DNA of 64,000 nt, taken from assembly GCF_031769215.1 (NCBI RefSeq), contig NW_026782573.1, positions 434,001 through 498,000 on the forward strand. The letters are read 5' to 3'. The first letter of the stretch is position 1; each line of letters opens with the position of its first letter. Positions 39,950-52,444 of this stretch are shown here, in pieces. The notes beneath the pieces were generated by a model. The model saw only the letters and a list, made by a program, of their open reading frames with translations. It made no database searches and was not told where the DNA came from. The position numbers and the translations under genes are program-made. This stretch comes from Ylistrum balloti. Lineage: Eukaryota.

Positions 39950-40630
39950 CACACGTGTGTGTTTTATGCATTACCAAACGAAAACGACAACGAGAATAAA
40001 CACATCATCTCATTACTTAGCTGGCAAATATAAAGCGTCTTTACTCGCGAGACAGATACATTTATCAACATCACTCTACCTGCTAAATTATAATAATAAA
40101 CTTGACGGGCCAGGTAAAACTTCACCAACATGGCGGAAAATGTCGGATTGCTTCCCAAAACATATGCACTTGACGGACCAAAATTGAATATTACGAGCTA
40201 CAATACAAAATACACACTTACCCAGAAGTTATTTATCCTGTCTGTAGGCAGAAATGATCCAGATATATGATTTTAGCGGTGTCAAGCAAGATAACACACG
40301 ATAAAACTAATCGTGTGCTCTGCACTTGGGAGTGGTTGTATACAGCTGTTACAATATACAACACCCCCTCGATATTGTCATAATAATTAAAATATTTGGC
40401 ATATGTTAGAATTATCTCTGACTGATACTACATGCATTATTTAAAGATAACTTAATTAACATTTCTGAGTTGTGCATATATCATTTAAGAGTCAATTATT
40501 GTGAAAATATACGACGGGGCAAAGGCACACCTATGTAAACTATATCAATAGAACAGCCAACTCGCTCTGCGTTTGGTCACATGACCTTAAAATGGCGGAT
40601 GATCCTAACAAAATGTAAACATTGCGTCAG
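39950..40630. promoter_or_regulatory. CpG-enriched promoter-like region, probably the EPS8 5' end
   Basis: Local CpG enrichment. YY1-type motifs AACATGGCGG (~40127) and AAAATGGCGG (~40590). E-box GGTCACATGACC at 40575-40586. Minus-strand donor cag|gtagag at 40080/40079. Confidence 0.4.
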
Positions 40631-41199
40631 ATATCACACGTGTTTCACATGGATAGCATTTGATAAAAAAAAAATCAAATTTGTATCACAGCTTACAAAC
40701 CAGATTTTTTGCTTTTATTTTTTCCATTTGAAAACAATTTTACCAGTTAGGACCTCGCCTCTAAACTATTCTTGAATCATGTTTAGTAATAACACGACTT
40801 TGACTTGGATAATTATTAATAATTGTTATTGTGGTAAAGTAAGCATATTACATGATATCATATCATTATTATTTAGATATTTTACACATGTGATGCCATA
40901 CACATTATATGCATTTGGATGTTTAAAAGATCACATAACAATATATTTTGCAATCTCCTTTATTATTTATTATTTAAAAAGAAGCTAACAACAGTATGAA
41001 AAAAGCAGGCGATGCCATAAAACGAGAGAGGTAACACAAGAAAGCAGATACATATATAAATCGCCCTTTTCCCAATATTATCCATAGAACCACAAAATGT
41101 GTATGATTTGTTGTCAGACTCTATATTTAGATAAAAATCAATTTGAATTTATTGTGACAAGAGTAATGAAAAGATCACACATCCGCAGAAAGTCATCCG

Positions 41200-42060
41200 A
41201 TTCGAATTTTGCTTGGAGCATAAAGTGTTCGTAACCTTGGTTTATCTAATCCGATAAAGTCGTTCCAATCTTTCGAAACCTAAAAAGGAAAAAGAAACAT
41301 TTCTTCCGTACCCTCTTCATCCGCAGTAGTAAAATATGAATTTCCATATCACGTGCCCTATTCGAGTGTCGTTATTATTTTTTGTTAGGAATTCATGTAC
41401 ATATCGGTGTCATTTGTACATAAGTGACATACAATAATTTTAGCAAATTTGACGAATTCTTCCTACTATTGAGTATGACAATGTTTTTGGAACCTAGAAT
41501 TCTTGTCCTATCAGTAAGGTTTAGAAAAAAGCGGACCACTCTTAGCTCATCTGCGACTTTGTTTTGTATAGTTTAGAAATACCGGCCCCCACACCAAGAA
41601 GAACAGGCATGGTCGAAATGACACTGTATGAGAGCTGAACATAGAGTTTTCTTGAATTTTGAAATAGACAGTTACTATTTCTGTCGAGGAATTTCACTCT
41701 TCGATTGATTTTCTACTCTGGAGACAATTTCTTCTCCATTTAAGAAATGGAAATTGTCTATCATCATCTTACTGTATTTTACAGCCGAACGGAAAAGAAT
41801 ATTTTGATCTTTGAACGAAATATGAATTTATCAACTGGTGTGTGACTTCATTTTCTTTTTGGGACCAAAAATCATACACAAGGTTTTGCATGAACTTTAG
41901 TCTGGCTTCAGGATCTCATACTCTAGTCGACGGACTCTTCTTGCAAAATGGCTGTCGTGGCGTTTTTTGACGGGGCCGTGAAATAGCAACACAATACCTC
42001 CGTCTTGGAACACATTCAAACGACCGTATCTTGAGCAAGTTGATACTTTTAGAAAATAAT
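41200..42060 (-). mobile_element. Decayed LINE (CR1/L2-like) reverse-transcriptase C-terminal fragment
   Basis: Colinear, frameshifted motifs on the minus strand: (FQDG~YADD)...KTLCMIFGPKKK...SAVKY...LNGEEIV/INRRVKFLDRNSNCL...KKTLCSALIQCHFDHACSSW...QNKV...VRFFLNL...KDWND. Confidence 0.65.
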
Positions 42061-42128
42061 TTTCAGTCTCTATCATACTGCAGCGTTTTTTTAATATCAA
42101 AACCTAACACTAACAAGCAACTATTACA

Positions 42129-42410
42129 TCTCTGACAAGTTCGAGTTTCAGGGATGTTTTTTCAATGTTTTTGTTCCTATTTTTAGTGAAAAGTATTGTA
42201 AGCACTCTATCGTCTCAACTCCCTGAGAGATTTTCATATACAACCCTTATGTTTGAACTTGCACAAGCCATGTTGATTCTTTATAAGTTGGTAAAGTTTG
42301 ACGAGATCCCCGCATGGAATGAAGCCTCTGGAGCGCTGACATTGATTTCTAAAAATAGTAAAAAAAAAACACCTTGACTCATCAACCCTGAAACGCAAAC
42401 TTGTCAGAGA
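42129..42410. mobile_element. Inverted-repeat-bounded element (MITE-like)
   Basis: TCTCTGACAAGTTCGAGTTTCAGGG at 42129-42153 versus the reverse complement of 42386-42410: 23/25 identical. Confidence 0.6.
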
Positions 42411-44237
42411 AAATTGATGCATTATAAGTGTGTGAATTTTGACGAGAATCCCTCAAGGGGTGAATCCGACATAGCACTGACAAACTTTGGTTTAACGTGC
42501 AAACTGGTTCAGACGTCTGTCAGTCCGTCTGTCCCCCGCCGCTTTCAGTCGTCGTGGGGTATTGATAAGGGGGTGTTTCACAAAGAAATCAGTACATTCT
42601 AATTATCGACCATTTACAATACTAATTTCTTTGCAAAGTTAAAAGCATGGATATCAGGAATAGACATATTAGAACTATTTCTTTTATCAGTAACTATTCA
42701 TACGTATGATGGGTAATTTGTTTCCGTTGTAGATACAGGATTTAATTGTGTGATTATCGTCTTCGATATCATATTTCTTTTTGAAAGGAATATGATAATT
42801 TCTCTATGGGTGTTTGGGAAATCCATTTGTGGAGTGTGAAACATATAATAATGTTGACATACCTGTTATTATTTATATATATATATTTACGAATTAATGA
42901 GTTATCTCATAATACATTGATAGGATTTTGCAAGGAGTGCTGGATGTTAATCATGATTGATATGTTTTTTAGTCAAGGAAAGATAAGAGAATACTGATAT
43001 TGTTTTTGATGAAAAATAAAACTGCAATTTTGAAAAAAAAAACCAATTACAAGCAAATATTTTCTTCGGTGGAGCACATGGGGACGTTTAAGACAACAAG
43101 AATAATTGAGGTGTTATGCGGATTTGATTTAATTTTAATCTTTAGTAGCCTTGACCTTTGACCTCCCAACCTCCCAGAAAGAAAGCTATCTTAATCAGAT
43201 TGCAGCCATTATCGTTGGAAGGATTGGGAAAGCAAACTGAGGCGATAATAGGTAAGGAAATTAAAATTCAGGTCATGTGTATATAACAAAAATTTAAAAA
43301 AAAAAAAAAAAGGTGTGATAAAACCGAGATTTTAAGATAAAATAACGGTTCATGTTCTGGTTTAATAGTGAAAAGCTTTGGAGATACCAGGGACGTATAA
43401 AAGAAGTACCTTTATATCGGGCTATGTGTATGATTTTATCACGATTGGATGGGCAACGTCATATCGCATTATAATATGTCCTTGCGGGAGTATAAAAAGC
43501 ATCACTTCGACCCAAATTTCTGGCTATGTCTCTTATTACACACACATTTCATCAATTTAACAACGCTCAATTAATTTCGCATACCGCGTGATAAAACATT
43601 ACTCTAACATCACTCATTTGCCATTTCGTATGGGAGTCATAGACGCTGTATTTTTTTAAGCATTTGAAGATATTATAACTAAGTATCAGAAACGGCCGTA
43701 TTAAAAACAGAAACAATATAAGTTCAACAGTAGAAATTCACTGACTTTCATGAATCTTGAACTTTAATTATAGCTTTTTGGGAGCAGTACATGATGTTAT
43801 AAATAAATATTTCATGTTTTAAAAGTGAGCGATTTCAGATATATCTCAACAGTTCATTAAAATATATCTCAAAGATATCTCATATCAGTTTTAAAATTGG
43901 CATTCAAACGTTTTATGGATGATTTTGAAATAATAAACTTTAAGTTACTAATTTTTTAAAATTTAGAAACGACTTGATAGGGGTAGCGATCATTTTCGAA
44001 TATGATCGTAACCTCTGGAGTATCGAGGATGAGACGAGTTATGCACCCTTAGTTGTGCGTAAAATGCTGGAAACATTCGTGTGACCATGATCTCTTGTAC
44101 ACGTGTTTCGATGACGCAAAGCACATCAGAGTCCAAAATAGTGACAGCTTGTAAGGAAAAAGTACGTGTTCAAAGAGAACCGACAATAATAAAGTCGGAT
44201 TTACAGCTGATATCGAGAGATCAGACAGAAAACCGAG

Positions 44238-44256
44238 ATGAGACGAGCACATATGG
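44238..44256 (+). CDS. BET1: BET1 exon 1
   Basis: ATG AGA CGA GCA CAT ATG G|gtaag gives MRRAHM(G), like BET1 'MRRAG'. Confidence 0.8.
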
Positions 44257-44784
44257 GTAAGAATCGGCATCATTGTTACACAAACGTATTATTCTGGAAG
44301 GCGTTTCCCTGGGATCGGCCAGCCGCGGTTGATATCAGAGGGATATGAAACTGTCTACACCGGCCTAGACACAGACACTTGCTTCTGGTCTAAACCAGTA
44401 GCGAATGCCTGTAGACTAGCGTTTATTGTAATACCAGCAAAAATCACTGAGCTGACATTCCTTGACTGTGTCTACATTTGATCTTTCCTCCCAAATTACA
44501 TACTATTTTTTCAAAATAAACCGTAGATTGTTGTGGAAATAATTTTCAAAATTAAACATGATCGACTTTTCAAAAGTTACTATCAACATTACATATTTTT
44601 CAAAATAAAGTGTCTGTTCAATTTATTTACAGCTTATACATTGTATTGTGTACCACTTTGGCATTTTCAGCCTTCAACACAAAGAACATCATTTTAAAAT
44701 CAATGGCATCACAAAACGAGTAATTGTTTATTTAACTCGCGTAATTTTAATGATAAATCATTTACAGTTACATTTTTGACTGGT

Positions 44785-44885
44785 CTAGTCAGTGACTTGT
44801 GTCAAACCTGTGCCTTGACAGGCATCAAATCTGGGTCTTTTGTGTGAAAGTTCATGACTCAACAACTGAGCCAAAGAAGCATTGA
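44785..44885 (-). mobile_element. Degenerate tRNA-derived SINE head
   Basis: Minus strand TTTGGCTCAGTTGTTGAG (A-box-like) and GATTTGATGCC (B-box-like) at tRNA spacing. No intact cloverleaf. Confidence 0.4.
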
Positions 44886-45316
44886 AATTTAAATGCCACA
44901 CCTACCTGTCCCCTTTTACACTAAATCAACACTAACTATAGTCTAGAAGTGAGTGGGGCTGAGGTAGACAAGGGTTGGATAACAACTTTGAGGAAGAGGG
45001 CTTAGATGACTTCACAGCTCCATATATAAACAAACCCAATAGCAAACACAATATCATGCCTCTACATGGACCCTGCTTTCATTCCCCGTGTTTTATGCCC
45101 CTGGGTTCTGCAGAGATCACAAGCAGATATGTGCTTGGATACATTTTGTTACTTGAAATATGTATTTGATTCATGTTTGCTTCTGATGTCATATCTGATA
45201 AAGTACCATGACTTAATTAAGACGTGTGTCTAAATTATCAGCAGTATCAAAACTATTGATTATGCAATTGCAAGTGCCTAGGGAAGTAACAAGAACAAAA
45301 TAGATGACTATACATC

Positions 45317-45492
45317 CAGGGCTCTAGATCTGCCAGATTTGGGGCCGATATTCAGCTCCATTCCCAATGCAAAATAGTATCTTTTTTCCTAATTTAGACC
45401 CCAAGTTTTCCAAATTCTAAGGAAAATGCTGCTATTTTTCCCAATTCTAAGGGCCCCAGGCCCCAGTCCCAAAATGGTGTTTGAGAGGTTTG
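45317..45492. mobile_element. Second, inverted copy of the CAGGGCTCTC MITE (BET1 intron 1)
   Basis: Reverse-complement similarity to 15546-15711 across its length (e.g. gatctgccagatttgggg, cccaattctaagggcccc, cccagtcccaaaatgg). Right TIR degenerate. Confidence 0.75.
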
Positions 45493-45892
45493 ACATCATT
45501 GTCAATATTCAATCTGTGTGACTGATATTGTTCCTTAGCAGCTATGATATCAAGAATGTGATCATTTATGAAGGTGAAAGATGAGGAAAGTTTTGAACTA
45601 AAGACATCATTATATGAATAAATGCATCTGCCTTATGAATAGATATGAGTATTTTCCATATACAATTACAGTATGTGAACTCAAATCCCAGATTCATTCC
45701 CTTACCACATGTAGGCCTGTCGTTTATCATCATTTCTTAACTCAAAAAATATTGTGTCTGACCCACTGACTTGATTAAACTTCCAATGATTTATCATGAG
45801 AATATTGGTCACTGGGGGCACAGATTATCAGATGTCATATTGTTTCTAGTAAATAACCAAAATTAGTGCTACATGTGTTGTCTGTCTGACAG

Positions 45893-45990
45893 GAAATGAG
45901 CAGCCCTACAAACCAACTGCCCAGATGTTGGAGGCAGAGAACCAGCATATGGAGGATCAGTTATCAAGTAAAGTGAAGGCTCTAAAGTCT
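45893..45990 (+). CDS. BET1: BET1 exon 2
   Basis: cag acceptor and gtaag donor. NEQPYKPTAQMLEAENQHMEDQLSSKVKALKS matches BET1 'EEENERLTESLRSKVTAIKS'. Confidence 0.93.
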
Positions 45991-47145
45991 GTAAGTATCC
46001 CACATCTAGACTTGACAACCTTCCCTTAACAAAATGTGTTGATTAAGGACAAGTCAATATTTTGCATATGTTTCCAATTGGAAGACTTCATTAACATTAA
46101 ATTGTTTTGACTATTCACAAAAATAGCAGCTTAGAAATGTCATAGGTAAATATATGCTGTAGATATGCTAGAACAGGGTTTTAGCACACCAGAAAAAAAT
46201 GCACTTATTATTGAATAAGGAAACATTGTGTTTTTCATTGGAATCTGTACTGTACATACTTTGCTAAAAGTGTAAAAAAAAAAGGCAAAACAAAACAAAA
46301 TCCCAAATTTGTACTTAGCAAGAAAATTGATTGAATTTGTATCACTATGATATGCACTAAAATACTAGTTTTCACCATAGAAATAGTTGGTGAGAAGTTG
46401 GTCTATAAATATCCTTACCTGAAGGATTAACAAATATATATCAACTTAGTATGTATCTTGATTTTTAGCTGTGGTTCATCTTAAGATGAAAAATGTGTTC
46501 AATTTTGTACTTGAGTTTTAGGCTAATTAAATTTAATCAGTCCTTTATCAGTAATTTTTGCTGGTGCTGGTAAGATGAGTTCAGAAGACTAATTCCAAAA
46601 TTTTGCTGAGTCCTAGTACTGAGAGATATAGCAGGGTCTCAAAATTTGAGCAAACCAAGGAAGTGGTTTAAGTCAACATTTAAGTCAAAGTTTAGAATAT
46701 AACTATTTTGCATCTGCAAGAAAGTTTATCATGTGTTAACAAAAATCTTTTTATTTCATTGTGAAAGTGGTTAATTCTTGAGTTAAAAATGACAAAGATT
46801 TATCAAGGGAAAATTACCTTTTTCGCTGGATTAATAAACTTAGTATTTTCTCCATTAACTTGCAGGTACTTGTTCAAACTCCTATTTACCAAGAGTCTCC
46901 ATCTGAAGATTTTAACATCTGTTATTTCTAATCGTAGTTATTTCTTAATAAAGTAGTCTTCTTAATCATGCAGAATATCAGTAAGAGCAGTTATTATCTG
47001 CCTTACATCTTCAGAAGCTTGTTATTTGTGGTAAGATGGTGTCTAGTGATAAGAAAAGTCATGGAATTAGAAATTGTGTAACAAGCCAACCAACTATAGC
47101 CTTAGTTACTTTGACATTACAATTTTATTTTTAAATGTATTTCAG

Positions 47146-47202
47146 ATGACAATAGACATAGGAACTGAAGTGCGAGAACAGAACAAGTTTTTAACAGAAA
47201 TG
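47146..47202 (+). CDS. BET1: BET1 exon 3 (SNARE motif with zero-layer Q)
   Basis: MTIDIGTEVREQNKFLTEM matches 'LSIEIGHEVKTQNKLLAEM'. cag acceptor and gtaag donor. Confidence 0.95.
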
Positions 47203-47628
47203 GTAAGAAATAAAAATGAAAGAATGCAAATTTTTTCCCCTTATTTAACAGATTTCAAATGTATCAAAATTTATTTAAGAAAGCAATGAAGCTATTCTGG
47301 TGGTTGGAAATAACAGTAGAACAAACAAAAGGCCCATTGTCCTTAATGATCATCTGACTATAAAGACCTATATATGAAAGAGGCAAAATAGGCCTGAAAT
47401 AAATTGCTCAATTACTCAACAGCTTACATAGAAGACATTTTTGGTTCATGAAGACATTTTCTGCAAACTTGAAATCATATCATTTATAAATGCACTACAT
47501 AATTGCCATTACTTCAGATATTCTGGTCTTTCAAATTGTGGGCAACAGCATAAGATTTATTTGAGAAATAAATAGAACCTTTTCCTGAAAACATTGTTTG
47601 TTTAATCTTGTTTTCATTTGTTGATTAG

Positions 47629-47784
47629 GATGATGACTTCAACAAAAGCAGTGGATTATTACAGTCAACCATGGGACGTTTAAAGGACATTGCCAGTAAA
47701 GGTGGCCCTAGGTTGTGGTGGTACATGTTTCTGTTTATATTGTTTGTGTTATTCATCTGTTGGGTCATTGTCAGGTTCCGATGA
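47629..47784 (+). CDS. BET1: BET1 exon 4 (SNARE end and C-terminal TM anchor); full protein 109 aa
   Basis: DDDFNKSSGLLQSTMGRLKDIASKGGPRLWWYMFLFILFVLFICWVIVRFR*, a tail-anchored Qc-SNARE ending. Confidence 0.95.
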   Translation, partial: DDDFNKSSGLLQSTMGRLKDIASKGGPRLWWYMFLFILFVLFICWVIVRFR

Positions 47785-48140
47785 CCTAGATCTTCAGTAG
47801 CAGCTCTGCAGTACAGAATTAACATTAACGACAAGACTTCTCTCTCAAATGTTTACCTAGGAATGATTGAAACACAGAAAAGATCCAGTTATTGGTGTTT
47901 AATATAATATTACTATTATATAGTAATGGGCATGAAGTGCTATATCAAAGGCTATCCAGTGTTCAGTCTTCAACTTTTTTTGTTGTTACCTCCCTTTAAG
48001 CAATCTTCCAAAATATTTTTGACTTGTTGGAATGTAAATAACCTGTGAATAGAAATTCTATCAATAATTACATTTGATAATCTAACTTTTTTGCTATCAT
48101 AGATTTCAAACCTCTTGGTAGCCTACAGACATAATGCTGT

Positions 48141-48146
48141 AATAAA
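48141..48146 (+). terminator. Candidate BET1 poly(A) signal AATAAA
   Basis: AATAAA ~360 nt after the stop, followed by T/GT-rich sequence. Confidence 0.45.
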
Positions 48147-48999
48147 AGTATTTACAATTTGTTATGATATGGTTATACTTACATATGACTATGTTAGAAT
48201 TGTTGAAAGTTCAGTAATTGAAGTGATCTTTCATAAACAAAGATCTTATTTTTGTCTTGGATACTGAATTTGCATGTATACTTTTAAGTGACAAAGATTC
48301 TTATCCATAATTTGTGCTTTTTAAATAAGATGCACATTAAAAATGTTATTGAAAATGTTCATCTGTTTTTTTTTTAACCATGAGTGTATCATAACAGTTA
48401 AATTGGTACTTAATGCTTTAATATTTAAGTGAAAAGAACGGAAGATTAAAAAAATTAATATTATTTTTTTTATATTTTTGTGTTCAATTGATGATATGAT
48501 TGAATTGAATACCAAGTATATAAAATTTGGAGTTATGAGGAAAAGATGCTGGATCAAAAAATAATAGAAAGTTTGACAATATTAATATTTCTCATTCTTC
48601 ATTGTTTAACTCTGAACGCCAAAACAGTGTGATACTGTAAGGATACACATACCAACTGCCAGATAAAACTGTATACATAAGTACTACCTTACTTGCATAT
48701 TAGTATTATTTGCAATGAAATGGTGATGTGCTTCACATTTTAGTGGTGCTATTTTATAAAACAAGTTCATGCTATTTGGGTTAGGCAAGGCGTATAATGT
48801 TAACAGTGAGACAAGACCATAGACTGTTAGGTGAAATAAGATTAATATTTTTAAAATAATTTTATATTATGATAATATTTTTTTGAGATAGATCATGCAG
48901 TGGCACATGCTGTTTGTCCTAAATGTCATAATTTGAGTTCATATGGATGTTGAATATGGGGTTTGTTTTAAAGAGATAACAGAATGGTCTGGAATATTT

Positions 49000-49830
49000 G
49001 GACTGCAGACCTACGAGAAGAGTGGAAGACAGGTCAATGTTATTTATAATGAAAAATGAAGACAGGATGCAATTCAGAGAAGAGAGGATGGCGATTGGGG
49101 TTGTAATTAGTATTAAAAATTATCTATCTAGAAGGATCAGATGTGTGATAACTGTTATAGAGAGTTTGTTGGGAGAAGAAGAATTGAGTGTGGGGTATCA
49201 GAGTTGGGGTGGGAGTTGGAACGGCTGTTAAAGGGTGTTTGTTGGGAGAAGAAGAATTGAGTGTGGGGTATCAGAGTTGGGGTGGGAGTTGGAACGGCTG
49301 TTATAGGATGTTTGTTGGGAGAAGAAGAATTGAGGGTGGGGTATCAGAGTTAGGGTGGGAGTTAAAATGGCTGTTATAGTGTGTTTGGCGGAAGGGGCTT
49401 ATATTGTATGACGGAATTAGAATGGAAGGTTGGAGGACTTTTTGTGGTTGATGAGCGAAGAGGGCTTGAGAGTAGGGTAAAGGTGTTTAGTATTATCTAT
49501 AGATAGGTGGTTGGGTTTTAGGATAGCCGTTATAGAGCATTAGGAGAAGAAAGGTTGAGAGCTGGTATAGGTAGTTTGTATTATATGTTGATATTAAGGT
49601 GGTAGTTGGGATGGCTGTTAGGAGGCTAGGAGAAGAGGGCTTGAGAGTGGCGTAGAGGTGGTCGGTAACACCTAAAGTTAGGAGAATGATAGTTGGAATG
49701 ACTGTTATAGGTGAAGTTAGGTCGAGGATGGGGTATATGTAGTTTGTGTTATCATAGGTAGTAGGATGGATGTTGGGATGTCTGTTATAGGTGTTGGGAG
49801 GAGAGAGCTTGTATGATGAGTGTCCTTTTT
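49000..49830. repeat. G-rich, C-poor 73-bp minisatellite with degenerate flanking copies
   Basis: Three near-identical units start at 49164, 49237 and 49310. The ctgttatag...ggagaag motif recurs to ~49800. Confidence 0.85.
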
Positions 49831-50559
49831 TGTGATGAATGATAGAATGCATCTTTAAACTTGTCTCCAACGTTGTGTCTTGTATAGAAATGTTAAGTTT
49901 TTGAATAAAAATATTACATCAATGCATGGTTTTTTTTGTTCTTAAAGATATTAAAAATGTTTAGTTATAACCATGTTCCACTTATCCACATGTTGGGGGC
50001 AGTGTCAAAACACAATACCATGAACCTAGTCAAATTCAATATAATGGTTTTAAATTAATTTTTAAAAAGTTATCTACTGTTTCCAAAATTACGCAAATTC
50101 CCTATATCAGATGATGGAGAATAATGCACAGATACTTTTATAGTTCAATCAGTTTGTTCAAACATCTATATTAAAATCAACTCTCTGTTTTGCTAATTTG
50201 TCTTGTACATGTATTATTTAAAATGAATTCAATAGGAACAATATGTGATTTTGATGGTCTTGTATCATAATCACTAATCATATTAATCCTGATTACGACT
50301 CAATAGAGCATCTATATCAATGGATATATCATACATAGATCATTGTTTGAACATTATATTACAGCTTTTGTAATGTGCCATGATCACCCAGCTCCTCAGT
50401 AAGTCATATTGTATTGTAACAATATGTAATAAGAATATTTTTTGTTAAATTTCATGTTCCTCATAAACATTCTACTTATTAACTATATACATGATTGTAG
50501 AAGAAATGATAAGTCAAGGACTCTTTGTTTTTAAGTTGCCTGAGATAAAGTCATCCATC

Positions 50560-51200
50560 ATAAACATGGGACATTTTCAACTTCTTCTGAATAACCAAAG
50601 GTCCCAGAGTGCTGATATTTGGCCTGTAGCATGCCGGGAAAAAGAGTGACTAAGTTTGTTAACCTGAGAGATCTTGACCCACTTTCAAGCTGGCAGGGGT
50701 CAAATGTGTTGAAATCTTAAACAACATCTTCTCGATAATCAAAAGGGCCAGAGTGCCTATATTGGGACTGTAGCATGCTGGGATAAAGGACTATTAAGTT
50801 TGTCTAAATGAATTACCTTGACCCACTTTCTAGGTCACAGGGGGAAATATGTTGAAAACCTTTAAACAACTTTTCAAAACGCCTCTGAACGAAAAGGCCC
50901 AGGATGCTGATATTAGACATGTATCATGTTGGGATGAAGGGCTACAAATGTTTGTATAAATGAATGACCTTGATACACTTTAAGGAACTTCTCAATAACT
51001 GGAAGGCCAAAGAGTCATGCTGGCATTAAAAAGCTATTATGTTTGTTCAAACGAATGACCTTTACTTCATTCAAGGTCACAGAGGTAAAAATGCTAACCT
51101 TCAACAAAGCCATTCATTTGAACAGACTTAGTAACCCTTCATCCCAGTATATTTACAAGCCATGATATATCAGGAACCTGGAGCTTTTGGTTATGGTCAT
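50560..51200. repeat. Array of ~145-bp degenerate monomers (HINE/satellite-like)
   Basis: 3-4 diverged copies of aa(a)gg(g/c)ccagagtgct.atatt...tgtagcatgc.ggga...aagtttgt...ccttgacccactttc. Confidence 0.6.
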
Positions 51201-51742
51201 TCAAATACTTAAACATGTATTGACCAATGTGATTTTGATCATGAAAGTGGGTCAAGGTAATTTATCTGAACTAACTAGAGCGCCATTCAAGCATGCTTCA
51301 TGTCCATTACCATAACCAAGGGTTACGTTTAATATAGAATTCATATAAAAATGTTCATTTAAATTATGGAAACAACGTTGATGTTATCAGTATATTTCTT
51401 AATGTAAAATTTGTACTCTATATTCAACACACAGAGTATAAAGCTATGTTGAATTTCTCAAGTTGCCATACGGTTAGATTTACGACAGTCGGCCACTACC
51501 TTGTAGTCTGTCAGAGCAATTATCTAAGTTAGAAATGTAACACAGAGACAAGCTAAACCTGCGATGCAGTGCGTTTTATTTCCGAACTAGTTCACTCCGT
51601 CTTAGTTTTGAATCCGCCAGTCTGTATCGGATGTCGAAGGAGGAAGGTAAACTGAAATATATAGAGACATTTTATTATAATAAAGCTGGAATGTTAATTA
51701 AAAGGAAAGAAATTGAGTTCTTCAAAAACTATTTCAAATAAG

Positions 51743-51748
51743 TTTATT
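51743..51748 (-). terminator. Candidate poly(A) signal of the PLAC-like precursor gene
   Basis: AATAAA on the minus strand ~155 nt after the stop at 51902. Confidence 0.45.
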
Positions 51749-51901
51749 AAAATCGTCAAGCTCTCTTTCTTCTTAACAAATATTCTATTAAACCATTGGT
51801 ATTTTTACACTGACAGAATACATTTTGTGCCAAAATATCTTTCATTCATGAATTACGGTATAGATTTTCCAATAGTTGCGTTTACTTACTTTGCCATCCT
51901 A

Positions 51902-52086
51902 TCATTTCAAGAATTTTCTGCATGTATCACAGCAGACGTTTCCGAAGTGAATCGAGGTACACATATCCTTTTTACTGCCTTTGAACATTGAGTAGACAAT
52001 TTGTCGACATCTGTTCGGAGATAATCTGTCTCCGTCACATGTCTCTTCTGTGCCCTCCTTGGGGTACTCACCTTTACCCAGGAACG
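51902..52086 (-). CDS. Orphan secreted precursor, exon 5 (PLAC-like domain 4)
   Basis: ccag acceptor, phase 1. FLGKGEYPKEGTEETCDGDRLSPNRCRQIVYSMFKGSKKDMCTSIHFGNVCCDTCRKFLK*. Confidence 0.85.
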
Positions 52087-52164
52087 CTGGTGACGTCAAA
52101 AATAGATATGAATAAAAATAACATTAACCAGTTAATTTTATATAAAACTTAACGTATTTTCATA

Positions 52165-52444
52165 ACTGTAAATCACTTATATTACCAATGGGATTTATTT
52201 TCGCGGAAAGAGTCGATCACTAATTCACGTCACTCGTAATCATTTCTTTGAAATTAACTCTAGCATCCATTTTGTTACCGTTACTGATATCGGCGTCTTT
52301 CACAATCCAGTTCTCTAATAGCTCATCATTCGCAAATGTAAAGCAATTTCTTTATCAGCGATCGCGAAATTGTGAATTCGCGAATATGTTTGATGAGGTA
52401 TGATCGCGAAATAAAGTTTTCGCGAAATATAAGTTATTGACACT
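52165..52444. mobile_element. MITE with ACTGTAAATCACTTATATT-like TIRs and TCGCGAA-rich body
   Basis: Termini are 16/19 identical as inverted repeats. Several CGCGAA/TCGCG motifs inside. Lies in the last intron of the PLAC-like gene. Confidence 0.6.

Noticed and set aside
41897-42100. ORF with GPVKKRHDS resembling a Harbinger transposase motif (GP.EGRRHD)
   Set aside because: It is colinear with clear LINE RT C-terminal motifs, and the FQDG-to-KT spacing (~43 aa) fits the RT YADD-to-KT interval. It is better explained as part of the LINE remnant.
44028-44052. Upstream ATG AGA CGA GTT ATG resembling the BET1 start
   Set aside because: It stops after 7 codons and has no donor. The 44238 start has a canonical gtaag donor in the right phase.
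49493-49870. 125-aa minus-strand ORF rich in T/P/I/L
   Set aside because: A consequence of the C-poor/G-rich skew of the array. No splice or domain support.
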